This document shows, piece by piece, positions 1-9,310 of a stretch of DNA of 64,000 nucleotides. The first letter of the stretch is position 1. Every line of letters begins with the position of its first letter. Location: assembly GCA_965207445.1 (NCBI GenBank), contig CBDBLX010000002.1, forward strand, positions 1,399,849 through 1,463,848, in the 5' to 3' direction. The position numbers were made by a program, and so were the translations under genes. The notes beneath the pieces are model-generated. The model saw only the letters and a list, made by a program, of their open reading frames with translations. It ran no database searches and was not told where the DNA came from. The DNA comes from Nitrosopumilus sp. (GTDB taxonomy: Archaea; Thermoproteota; Nitrososphaeria; Nitrososphaerales; Nitrosopumilaceae).

Positions 1-699
1 GCGAATACTCATCAGTCCATCTATGTATTGTAGATGGGTTTACAATGATCTCATCCATTGCAAACTGCACACATACTTTTTCTGGAGACATTTTGGTTGC
101 CATTATGGTGGACAGCTCACTTGCTATTACGAATGCATCAAAATACCACCACCCCCTCCTTGAACCCTTCCATGCTAGAGAATGTAGGGCCACATTTGTG
201 GCACTGTATCGCATTACAGATCTTTTTCTCTTGCACTTGCGCTCTCCCCATCCTACCACATCTTTGGATCTGCATTTTGGATACTGACATCTCAATTTTT
301 TGCGCTTAATCTGTATCCTTTTTCTACGCCCGCACCACCACTCTTTGTCTAAGAGCTTGTATACGAGCCCCCCACCATCACACATGCTTGCATATCTTTT
401 TTCCACCTGCACTGGACTAACACTGATATCTCATTCCAAGTGAACTAAGAGACACCGCATACAATAGACCTTGCACAGTTTGCTATACGACTGTCCATTT
501 AATCGAGCTCAGTGTAGTTATAGCACCTGCAATGCATGCAATCTGAATGCCTGCCCCTCCTAATTGCATCAATCTGAGCATTGGAGCATCTCTGCTTGCC
601 AGACTTTGGGTTGTCATTTTCTACTATGTTTTTGATCTTGGTTGGGTAGTTTCGTCTACCACCTTTTCTTCCTGAACTATTTTTTGTTTCATTATACAT
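1..699 (-). pseudogene. Frameshifted transposase remnant (Zn-ribbon + HTH, IS1/IS6-like archaeal DDE type), runs off the window start
   Basis: Stitched minus-strand frames read RKCKRKRSVMRY / CHKCGPTFSSMEGFK / FDAFVIASELSTIM..SPEKVCVQF..IVNPSTIHRWTDEYS, i.e. a CxxC ribbon followed by an HTH; several frameshifts and stops. Confidence 0.55.
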
Positions 700-781
700 A
701 TATCACCAATTGGACATATAAGCATGTGTGTGCGTAATCCGATGTCAGTGACGTTATAACGTTGTACTGAGAACAACAAAC

Positions 782-955
782 ATGACTAAATGGGCTACCA
801 ATGCCACGGAATTCCAAGTATCCATAACCCACAATGTGAAAAGGGGTACTAGTTACTCGTACATTCCAAAGCCGGTCCTTGCCAAACTTGGTAACCCGGA
901 GGGTTTGAAGTTTATCATACGTGGCGACAAAATACTAGTTACGTGTCCGGATTGA
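782..955 (+). CDS. Small AbrB/MazE-like protein (57 aa), not in the ORF track
   Basis: ATG782-TGA955: MTKWATNATEFQVSITHNVKRGTSYSYIPKPVLAKLGNPEGLKFIIRGDKILVTCPD; a decayed paralogue lies near 39460-39580. Confidence 0.65.
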   Translation: MTKWATNATEFQVSITHNVKRGTSYSYIPKPVLAKLGNPEGLKFIIRGDKILVTCPD

Positions 956-1016
956 CTGCAACGGTTCAAATCTGTATTAATTGCCACCAACCGCGTTTGC
1001 AGGAGAATCTATATCT

Positions 1017-1240
1017 ATGTTGGTGCTTAATAAAGAATCTCTGATTTTTGTGTGTTTTTTGGATGTTTGTGCATAGCATACGCTAGGGGGGTTGTTTTCC
1101 AGAGGATAAAGCGGACATGTATCTATGCGGGCATCGGTTCCCAGTATCATTCTTCATCCATTCATCAAGATCTCTATGCAATTAATTTCTCGGGCATCGG
1201 TTCCCATATATACTACGCACAATTCCTTGACCATAATTTT
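1017..1240 (-). ncRNA. Putative IS110 bridge/seek RNA in the downstream non-coding end
   Basis: Identical 16-mer CGGGCATCGGTTCCCA at 1128-1143 and 1191-1206; the adjacent 8-mer TATCTATG (1120-1127) equals the element-end sequence 1012-1019. Confidence 0.5.
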
Positions 1241-2467
1241 TCACTCTTTTTTTCTTGGTAGTCTTTGTTTTGCCATTTTGGTCGTGCTCTTTTTTCCCTC
1301 TTCTACACACGCCCAAAAACCAATATCTTTTTTCAACATCCAAAATACAATCCTGACCATCTTGGCAGCCGCTGCAACTTTTGCCTTTGAGCCTCCACGT
1401 TTTTGTACCAGTCGTTCGTAAAATGTACTGATTGGAGTCACTTTATTGCTTCTTTTTGCCCACGTGACGTGCGTGAGTGCTGCCTCTGATAACAAATGTC
1501 GTACAGTTGAATTGCCTTCTTTTGTAATACGTCCATGCTTTATGGTTTCTGCAGAGTTTCTCACAGATGGTACGATTCCAAAGTATGCTGCGAGTTTGTC
1601 TGGATTGGGAAATCTGGATATATCATCAATTGCAGATGCTAGTGCAAGAGCCGTGACGTTTCCAATACCGGGGCATGTTTTGAGCAAATCTGCCATATGA
1701 TACCTGTCTACCTCTTTTTTCATACGGGTGTTACAGTCTGCAATATCCTCATCAAGGTTGAAAATTGTTCTCAAATACATCTCAATTCGCCAGTCATCAA
1801 GGCCGTGTAGTCTGCTTACAAATGCATTTGAAAAGGGCGCTGCCTTGATCTTGATTCCCTCTTGTAGCAGTATGCCATGTATGAGATTTTTGTACCGTGT
1901 CCTACTCTGAACTATTGCACTCCTGCATCTGACAAGGTGTTTTACTTTGATTATATCATCTCCTGGTACGTGACTTGCTACAATGTAACCTCCACGCAAA
2001 AGGTCTGCTAGTATTAATGCATCTACCTTGTCAGTCTTCTTTTTTGATGTTGCAATCACCTTTGTTGATCTGGGATTGGATAAGATTACATCCAGATTTA
2101 ATTTCTCCTTGAGAAATTTGTACATCCCATACCATACAGAGGATGATTCAATCACATACTTTGCACCGTCTGGAAATTTGGCAAACTTTTTTTCCACAAC
2201 CTTGTAATCACATTCTATCTTTTCATTTTCTAAAACTGTTCCATCAGATTGCATGATAGCAACCTGCATGAATTTTTTGTGAAGATCAATTCCGACAAAA
2301 TACTCTTCAGGTGTCTTTGTCGATTTCTTTTTCTTCTTTTTCGTCACAGGGCTTGTAACTGTCTTCATATGTACACTTTTTTTACCCCTAATCTGTTTGT
2401 TTGCATTTTTGGCTTTGTTATGGTTGGCATCATCTAACCTACTAGATCTGTGTTTCTTTTTTTCCAC
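1241..2467 (-). CDS. IS110-family transposase/recombinase, apparently intact
   Basis: DEDD RuvC-like motifs FVGIDLHKK, VIESS, KTDKVDA; C-terminal PGIG...AAYFGIVPSVRNSA...KEGN; Lys-rich N-terminal extension. Confidence 0.95.
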   Translation of the reverse strand: MEKKKHRSSRLDDANHNKAKNANKQIRGKKSVHMKTVTSPVTKKKKKKSTKTPEEYFVGIDLHKKFMQVAIMQSDGTVLENEKIECDYKVVEKKFAKFPDGAKYVIESSSVWYGMYKFLKEKLNLDVILSNPRSTKVIATSKKKTDKVDALILADLLRGGYIVASHVPGDDIIKVKHLVRCRSAIVQSRTRYKNLIHGILLQEGIKIKAAPFSNAFVSRLHGLDDWRIEMYLRTIFNLDEDIADCNTRMKKEVDRYHMADLLKTCPGIGNVTALALASAIDDISRFPNPDKLAAYFGIVPSVRNSAETIKHGRITKEGNSTVRHLLSEAALTHVTWAKRSNKVTPISTFYERLVQKRGGSKAKVAAAAKMVRIVFWMLKKDIGFWACVEEGKKSTTKMAKQRLPRKKE

Positions 2468-2488
2468 ATATGATTAATTCCCAGTCAT

Positions 2489-4051
2489 GTGATTGCAAAG
2501 TATGTTTTTAAACCCATACTACAAGTCACGTTCATGATACAGTCCATAAACACCGTCTTTGAAAGATGTACGGCCACTAGTGCAATATATCTGCCTTCAG
2601 CAGGTACCCTCGCTTACTTGGATGGACATCCATTTTTGGCATGGTGTATGTGTCATGCTGCTGAAGAAGAAAAACAAGAGGCAAGGCCTGACAGTGTACG
2701 AGAGATACTCGCAGAGGCCGGCATAAAGCACGAAGCTGCTGTGGTACGGAATGATTACGGTGAGGCCGCCGTGGTGCCAATCACTTATGATACACCTGAA
2801 AAAGGATTCAAGTTGTTATTAGAAGCAGCTTTTGATGGTATTGACGTAATATCACAGGTGCCGCTTATGTATAGCCCGTGTGGGTTTTATGGCATACCGG
2901 ACATACTTGAAAGACACGATAATGAACCTAGCGCATTTGGGGACTGGCATTATGTGGTAAAGGAGATAAAGTCTGCAAAAAAATTCAAGGATACTCATTA
3001 TCTACAGGCCGCCTATTATACGCGGGCACTCGGACTCATACAAGAATACATGCCACCGAACTTCCTCTTGACAGATGGCACAGGTGAGACACACAAGATA
3101 CCATTTACAAAATACGAGAAATTACTTGATGAAGTGATATCAAGATATATGGTCATTAGAGATGGCTCCGTAAAGCCGGCCGCTACATATGGACAGTGCA
3201 ATAATACCGAGTGGGAGGATTACTGCAACAGGCTTGCAGTCGAAGCCGGCGACATCTCATTGTTGTCAGGTGTTGGTGATGGCGCGTTGCGGGGCTTGAT
3301 GATAAACGCGGGTGTTACAACGATAACTGATGTCTCAACAAAAAGTACATCAGAGTTATGTGATATACGTGGAATAGGATCTAAAAAGGCCGCCTCATTA
3401 AAGGCGCATGCCCAAGCCATCATATCAAATAAAGTAGTTTATAAGGATAAACCCTTACAGTTCCCTCAGGCCGATAATGTGGCATATCTTGACTTTGAAG
3501 GTTTTTTCCCGGCAATGATGCCGCTTGAAATGAAAGACGGTACTAAAATAATAGAACCCATTTGGATGATCGGGATGGTCATAGAGGACGAATTCAAATA
3601 CTATTTTGCAGGCGACCCATACGGCAATACCGTGGAAAAACCCGTCCAAAATATGATGGATATATTTCTAAATGATCTCCCCGAAAACAGCATAATTTAC
3701 CACTGGGGTAATTATGACCGCGCGTCTATGAAGCGCCTCTTGCAGGAGTATAGGTCTGACAGACTTGATGTCCTTGATTCTATACATGACATGCGTAAGA
3801 TCATAACTGCATCGTATGCACTACCTACTTACAGCAATGGTATCAAAGAGGTATCAAAATGGTGTGGTTTTGACTTTGCTTTCAAGCATCCTGACGCTGA
3901 CGCAGGCAATGTAAACACAGTATGGATGGGACTGATGGATGGCTCCATTAAGGATGTTGATACGGCGCTCGGTCCCATACTAGAGTATAATGAGGCCGAC
4001 TGCAGGATGCTCGAATGTGTGCATGAGAAATTTAAAAATATGAAAGAGTGA
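2489..4051 (+). CDS. TM0106-family RecB-like nuclease (PD-(D/E)XK + HhH + RNase H-like domain); native 5' end interrupted by IS110
   Basis: GIPDILER..VKEIKSAK..HYLQAAYY; HhH IRGIGSKKA; YLDFEG, YHWGNYD, YSNGIKEV, YNEADC. Confidence 0.85.
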   Translation: MIAKYVFKPILQVTFMIQSINTVFERCTATSAIYLPSAGTLAYLDGHPFLAWCMCHAAEEEKQEARPDSVREILAEAGIKHEAAVVRNDYGEAAVVPITYDTPEKGFKLLLEAAFDGIDVISQVPLMYSPCGFYGIPDILERHDNEPSAFGDWHYVVKEIKSAKKFKDTHYLQAAYYTRALGLIQEYMPPNFLLTDGTGETHKIPFTKYEKLLDEVISRYMVIRDGSVKPAATYGQCNNTEWEDYCNRLAVEAGDISLLSGVGDGALRGLMINAGVTTITDVSTKSTSELCDIRGIGSKKAASLKAHAQAIISNKVVYKDKPLQFPQADNVAYLDFEGFFPAMMPLEMKDGTKIIEPIWMIGMVIEDEFKYYFAGDPYGNTVEKPVQNMMDIFLNDLPENSIIYHWGNYDRASMKRLLQEYRSDRLDVLDSIHDMRKIITASYALPTYSNGIKEVSKWCGFDFAFKHPDADAGNVNTVWMGLMDGSIKDVDTALGPILEYNEADCRMLECVHEKFKNMKE

Positions 4052-4112
4052 AACATATAGTCACATTCATGATACATACACTTACACGGACTGTGCCCAT
4101 ATTCACCTGCAA

Positions 4113-4325
4113 CTATACCATACTCTTGAGTCTGTATCTTGCGCCTAGTTGCCACCTGCAACTTTTCAGTCTTTCCACACGGGACTGCCGGTCCCGATTC
4201 TGCGCTTGTCTACCGTCATCAGGCACGACTCCGGTCACAGACTTGCCGCTTGCTTTTGATAACTCTTTGAGATCCTTAATCTCATGATCAAAGACCTTAA
4301 TCGTATATGACTTTCTTGCGGTCAT
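4113..4325 (-). CDS. Small ribbon-helix-helix (CopG-like) protein, possibly decayed
   Basis: N-terminus KSYTIKV..EIKDLKELSKASGKSV fits the RHH pattern. Confidence 0.35.
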   Translation of the reverse strand: MTARKSYTIKVFDHEIKDLKELSKASGKSVTGVVPDDGRQAQNRDRQSRVERLKSCRWQLGARYRLKSMV

Positions 4326-4477
4326 GTTTGGTGCTGTGGGCGGATACTTATCAACTTGGATATTTGTAAATCAAGCATGTAATTACATGGACAACGTATG
4401 GCGTGTATATAACAGATGAAAAGATCATTTGAAATATACAATACAGATACAAATCAAACACGACGATAACAATATGA

Positions 4478-5146
4478 TTATAAAATAATTACCCAAAAAC
4501 GCACCAACAATACAAGCAACAAAGTAGCAAGCAACACAGGTACAACTGGCGCTGCTACCATCACCATCGTTCCCACTTGTCCGGGTTCATACTCCCAATT
4601 ATTATTATTATGTTGATGATCAAAGGGAGTTTTAAACAAGTAATAGTTACCATTTTGGTCCTCAATTGTAATGACATGCCTCTCCCATATGCGTCTATTA
4701 TGTGTCAAGAAAAATAACACAAACATGTACAAAAAATTACAAATGCGATTACCACTAAAACTACGAGTCTCAAAGTTATGGCACATCCCTGATAATTTCC
4801 AATGTATATTCAACACAACATTATAAGATACAACTAGTATACCAGTTAATAATATAGAGCCCAATATGACAATGCATGCCAAATATTGTACATCAAATGC
4901 AGATGGCAGTACTAGTGAAATCATCAGCATTATAATGGCATCTCCTGATGCCATTGCCTTTATACGATATAGGACAAACACAAGTGTAATTCCAATAAAC
5001 ATTGTAAGAACTTCTTCAAGTATGATACCATATGTGACATATTCCCATACTATGATACTCTGAGCAATGATTGCCACAATGATATAGTGACGGTCTCTGC
5101 CACATATGGTGCGATATGCAATATCTGTGCAAGAGTTTACACTCAA
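4478..5146 (-). CDS. A24 prepilin/preflagellin peptidase (FlaK/PibD-like)
   Basis: Multi-TM protein with N-terminal TD..YR, a GxGD-like motif MASGDAII, and a C-terminal VMVAAPVVPVLL resembling the archaeal A24 tail. Confidence 0.7.
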   Translation of the reverse strand: MSVNSCTDIAYRTICGRDRHYIIVAIIAQSIIVWEYVTYGIILEEVLTMFIGITLVFVLYRIKAMASGDAIIMLMISLVLPSAFDVQYLACIVILGSILLTGILVVSYNVVLNIHWKLSGMCHNFETRSFSGNRICNFLYMFVLFFLTHNRRIWERHVITIEDQNGNYYLFKTPFDHQHNNNNWEYEPGQVGTMVMVAAPVVPVLLATLLLVLLVRFWVIIL

Positions 5147-5212
5147 TATGATTAAAATAATTGATAGGCGTAAATATTCTGATAATGATACAACGTCTAG
5201 TGTTATGGTTTG

Positions 5213-5938
5213 TCACCTTGCAGTATCAATAATTTTTTCACGTATCTCTGGCAATGACAACTGATGTTCTTGCTCTATTGTGAGTGTGGGTTGATACGAC
5301 TGTAGCAATATATCGCGTATCATATTACAGCGCTGCTCTACCCACACACTTTGCATGATCAATGAATTGTGCATGTGCTGTAATCTATTCAAGTCACAGT
5401 ATATGACATATTTGGTCGTACCCAACAACAAACCCTTTTTGCACAATATGTGGAGTATCTTTCCTACGTACGATGTATTCATCATAGGCCAATCCTCAAA
5501 AAAATTGTATATTGTCTCTTTTGGTAGTTTTGTGTTGTTGGTGTTATGATGATGATGATGGCTTACTTTGGATAGATTGTATATACTCCATACATCATGA
5601 TATACTTTTGCCAATATACATAATCCTGAAAAAGATATGCCAATCTCATTTGATAAAATAAACCCCAGACCGGCTACTGTTGGGTATGGTAAATTATAAT
5701 CCATGTTGTACTTGTACAGACCCCTACTAACAACTGCAAACAGATGATTATCATCATCACATTGATCAAGTGTATTGTTAGAGTCACGTCTCACAATCCC
5801 ATCACTGATCATATCACGTACAAGACATTGTGTAGTCTTTCCACCACATACAGCATTTATCAATTGAGAGGTAATTTTTCTGCGATAATATATCAGTCTC
5901 TTTATATTTTTGACTCTATTGTCATACTCTATGTTCAT
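5213..5938 (-). CDS. Hypothetical protein, possible winged-HTH domains
   Basis: 241-aa ORF overlapping the upstream gene by 4 nt; segments such as YVGKILHILCKKGLL. Confidence 0.55.
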   Translation of the reverse strand: MNIEYDNRVKNIKRLIYYRRKITSQLINAVCGGKTTQCLVRDMISDGIVRRDSNNTLDQCDDDNHLFAVVSRGLYKYNMDYNLPYPTVAGLGFILSNEIGISFSGLCILAKVYHDVWSIYNLSKVSHHHHHNTNNTKLPKETIYNFFEDWPMMNTSYVGKILHILCKKGLLLGTTKYVIYCDLNRLQHMHNSLIMQSVWVEQRCNMIRDILLQSYQPTLTIEQEHQLSLPEIREKIIDTAR

Positions 5939-7203
5939 TTGAAAAATATCACCCCACGTGCATTTTGATGTTTTTTTGTAAACTGTTGTAAATCAGCAGG
6001 ATTAGCAAATGTTGTCATTTTTATATCACTTGCAGAGATATGAGTATCAAATACACTTACACCCGTAGTGTGAGCTGCTGCAGATAGTCCTAGCCACTCT
6101 TCTGCTGCTTGTGGCATCATGTATGGTGATGATGCACCAATATCATCTAATTTGATGATATGTTGGTTGTAGTCATCTGTGAGTTTTGATACACGTTTTG
6201 CTTTGGGGTCGATGATATATGCCGGATGTGTCTTTGTTTTTGGAATTATGATAACGTTGCCTGGAATATTTTTGAGTATCGACTTTGATTGTTCTATGGT
6301 CTTTTTTGTAATCTTTTCACCATCAGGGCATATTATGTTCGCCTCGTATTTTTTATCTGTTGTGTTTTGATCTAAATTATTTATATGGTCATCATTATAA
6401 TCAATGGTGTTTTTGATATTTTTGTTTGTGTTGCATGTATCTTTCTCTTTTTTATAATCTGCCTCATCATATGCAACATCATTTATTATAATTTTGATTT
6501 CACCAGGTGTTGGCCATGTAAATCTAGCATCTGTTATGGTTCTATTTTTTGTCATTTGTGAAATCTTTTTTGCAATTGTGCTTTGATCTTTTGATTTTGA
6601 TATTATGTGTGGTATGTAATATGGCAATACAAACTGCGATAATCTATCTGCTAAATGCTCGCATAACTCTGTTAATATCTCTATAACATCATCAGATATT
6701 GGCAATGTGAGGAATTTTGCATTGATAGTATTGTCAATTTGTAATAGTTTGGTGTAATTTTCATCTGGTGTTACATGTGACTGTTTTAGATATTTGACAA
6801 CTTTATCCAATTTTAGTGGGTTAAATCCACTAGGTCTTTGATTGTACTGGACGTGTTTTATTATATAGTCATGTATTGTATTGTATGATTCAATTTGAGA
6901 TTTTAGACAGAAGGGTTTTTTGTTATGTGTTGTTGTTGCTGCTGCTGCTGCTGCTGCTTTTAGTGCACCCAAGTATATGTTGGTTCCTTCTAATAAATAG
7001 TAGTGTTGATTTTCTTCAGATTGTAATATCTGGGCAACTTTGATGAGTGGTAGTTTGTCTTTATTACCTTCTTTTATTATATTTTCATATAAATTAATCT
7101 GTTTTTTTATTGGGATTGTGACATCTAGTGAATGCCGTACAATATGATTGATGGGGATACAATCGATGCGCGGTGGTGGCAGTAAGATAGTTTTTTTCAT
7201 CAT
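5935..7203 (-). CDS. ParB/sulfiredoxin-like N-terminal domain protein
   Basis: IPINHI...LPLIKV..HYYLLEGTNIYLGALKAA resembles ParB box II, with a degenerate GxxR; 4-nt overlap with the TFB-like gene. Confidence 0.5.
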   Translation of the reverse strand: MMKKTILLPPPRIDCIPINHIVRHSLDVTIPIKKQINLYENIIKEGNKDKLPLIKVAQILQSEENQHYYLLEGTNIYLGALKAAAAAAATTTHNKKPFCLKSQIESYNTIHDYIIKHVQYNQRPSGFNPLKLDKVVKYLKQSHVTPDENYTKLLQIDNTINAKFLTLPISDDVIEILTELCEHLADRLSQFVLPYYIPHIISKSKDQSTIAKKISQMTKNRTITDARFTWPTPGEIKIIINDVAYDEADYKKEKDTCNTNKNIKNTIDYNDDHINNLDQNTTDKKYEANIICPDGEKITKKTIEQSKSILKNIPGNVIIIPKTKTHPAYIIDPKAKRVSKLTDDYNQHIIKLDDIGASSPYMMPQAAEEWLGLSAAAHTTGVSVFDTHISASDIKMTTFANPADLQQFTKKHQNARGVIFFK

Positions 7204-8000
7204 GCTAATTTGCCCCTTTGGTCATAATTGATAATATTTTTACCACATGATGTGATTCCACACTGCTCTTTTGCCAATTTTATTGCAAGTTTTACTGCAT
7301 GTGCTGATGAGTAGTTTTGCAATGTAGGTATGATTGATTTTGCATTGTTTGCAACCTCATTTACAATATGCTCAGGGTAATTGTTATGCAGTGTCGCAAT
7401 CTCACTATTTAAGATGAAACTGGCATTATTATTATGATGATGATTGGTAAGACTAGGAACCATGTCCAAAAACCCAATCTTTTTTATGATCATGTTACCA
7501 TTTTTATCTAAATAAGATGATGCTTCCATTGACACTTTGAGATAATTATAAACTCGCTTTACATTTAGATTCATACGTATTGCATCATGTAATTTTTGTT
7601 CGTTGATTGGGTGTCCATGTGCTCTACATACCACGTAAAATACTAGTACCAGTATTTTGGCTTTGGTCATTTTTAGATTGGCACGTAGTTTTTGATACCA
7701 CTTCCAGATGTCTCGTGATGTAATGCTGGTAATGTATAGTTTTTCTGTAATGTTGCTAATAACTGCTAAATCAGGATTCTGCTCACAAATAAAGCGATTC
7801 CCATATAATTTGGGATCATTTTTGCTCCCTAGTGTTTGCATCAAGTACAGGTTAATCTGATTTTCACCATGAACAATCATATTTTGGGTATGTTCTTTGA
7901 CTATACCACACATACGGCATACAATCTCACCGTCATTTGTTATGATTTCATGTTTAATGTCATGTTTACATTCCATTTGACTCACCCTCTGCTTTTGCAA
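7200..8000 (-). CDS. Transcription initiation factor IIB (TFB)-like protein
   Basis: N-terminal Zn ribbon CKH..IITNDGEIVCRMCGIV, then cyclin-like helices (ISNITEKLYI...LVFYVVCRAHGHPI). Confidence 0.7.
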   Translation of the reverse strand: MQKQRVSQMECKHDIKHEIITNDGEIVCRMCGIVKEHTQNMIVHGENQINLYLMQTLGSKNDPKLYGNRFICEQNPDLAVISNITEKLYITSITSRDIWKWYQKLRANLKMTKAKILVLVFYVVCRAHGHPINEQKLHDAIRMNLNVKRVYNYLKVSMEASSYLDKNGNMIIKKIGFLDMVPSLTNHHHNNNASFILNSEIATLHNNYPEHIVNEVANNAKSIIPTLQNYSSAHAVKLAIKLAKEQCGITSCGKNIINYDQRGKLA

Positions 8001-8149
8001 AAATGCAATTCATACAATACTCTGAATTATGCTCTATATAACATTTATGATAAATTTAGTATAAATAATTTTATTATTGTTTGATAAATTTGTTAAGAAT
8101 ATATAGTACATGAATGATAATATTACTATTATTATAGTAATGGTGATGT

Positions 8150-8788
8150 ATGGTGAAATCTCAACGAAAACTACAACATAGAGTAAAGCGGGGTTATGAT
8201 TACTTTGTGGTATCAATACCTAGTGAGATGGTCAAGTGTATGAGTTATGATGATGGTAAATGTAAAAAGTATGATGTAGAGTTGGAATTAAAATCGGATA
8301 ATTCAGTTGTAATGGGTATTGTAAAACCATCACCATCATCACCATCAGCACTACAGCCACCATCACCATCATCACCATCAAATGTTAAAACATCTGATAA
8401 GTCAGGGTGCAATAAAATGATGGTAGATACTAGTGCAGATACACCTATCACTAGTACACAAAGATTAGAATCTAACACATGTGCCAGTGCAACCACTGCT
8501 GATGTTATATCTGATGCACCCATTTTGCATATTAATACACCTACTACTGTAATATCAAATGAGCATGTCGCATCTGTAAATTTTGTTGAAAAACAAAATG
8601 ATATGAAATCACATGATTGTGAGTCAAAGAATATGGTAGATGGTGTAAAGACAGATGGTGTAAAGACAGATGGTGTAAAATCTGATAAGATTAAAAATAA
8701 TCTAGAAACTGATAAAACTATATTAAATAATATAATAAGTGATAAATACACTGTAACCATTTATGGGGACAATGATGATGTTGATTGA
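8150..8788 (+). CDS. AbrB/MazE-like N-terminal domain protein with a low-complexity tail
   Basis: RKLQHRVKRGYDYFVVSIPSEMVK..DVELEL; divergent from the TFB operon; DGVKT repeats. Confidence 0.6.
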   Translation: MVKSQRKLQHRVKRGYDYFVVSIPSEMVKCMSYDDGKCKKYDVELELKSDNSVVMGIVKPSPSSPSALQPPSPSSPSNVKTSDKSGCNKMMVDTSADTPITSTQRLESNTCASATTADVISDAPILHINTPTTVISNEHVASVNFVEKQNDMKSHDCESKNMVDGVKTDGVKTDGVKSDKIKNNLETDKTILNNIISDKYTVTIYGDNDDVD

Positions 8789-8846
8789 TAGTCTTCTTCT
8801 CCCATCATATCTAAGGAGTGTACACATCTCACTATAATCATCATCA

Positions 8847-8925
8847 GTAACAGTTCAATTTATTTTAAAACTTAGGTACAGATTCATTGCCTATATCTGG
8901 CACAGACATGAGGTTGAACGGTTAC
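8847..8925. mobile_element. MITE family A (~80 bp, IS66-type TIRs)
   Basis: GTAACAGTTCAA...TTGAACGGTTAC; interior similar to the copies at 20424 and 50902. Confidence 0.75.
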
Positions 8926-9029
8926 ATGTCTTGCATGTACGACTACTATTGATATTTTTTGTAGTACTACTGTACGGTCTATGGATAATGATAAGATGTG
9001 AGGATCTTCATCGAGGTGAGCTGACAAGT

Positions 9030-9192
9030 GGAAAATTATTCACAATGGATTATTCATGGATTCAATTGTCGGATTAATCAGAAGACTGCTTCGGCGGGAA
9101 TTAGAGCACGGTGGTTCCTTGCCATTGTAAATCTGCCGCACTGTATAATCAAAAATAAGATCATTAAAATTGAACACATTACAAACTACTGA
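9030..9192 (+). mobile_element. Isolated right end of the ISH3-like element
   Basis: Closely similar to ~42797-42960, including the TIR CACATTACAAACTACTG. Confidence 0.75.
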
Positions 9193-9310
9193 CATGTAGA
9201 AAAGGAAGATCAACGGCAAGGGACTCTGGGTGGCAGGACATTAAATGGTGTGCCTTAGACACGGTACTGTAAAAGAACGGCAGGGTTTTGGATGCAAAAG
9301 AGCATAAGAG

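Larger units (their letters stand above)
1010..2592 (-). mobile_element. IS110-family element bounded by a 7-bp direct repeat TATATCT (1010-1016 and 2586-2592)
   Basis: Transposase inside; same 7-mer at both ends; removing the element restores an in-frame N-terminus for the TM0106 gene. Confidence 0.75.

Noticed and set aside
2489..4051. Cas4 / CRISPR adaptation gene
   Set aside because: The HhH and RNase H-like C-terminal domains fit TM0106; no four-Cys cluster, cas1 or array
8245..8760. Antisense ORFs over real genes (also 15952, 26449, 27818, 45699, 61820)
   Set aside because: Shadow frames of better-supported genes on the opposite strand
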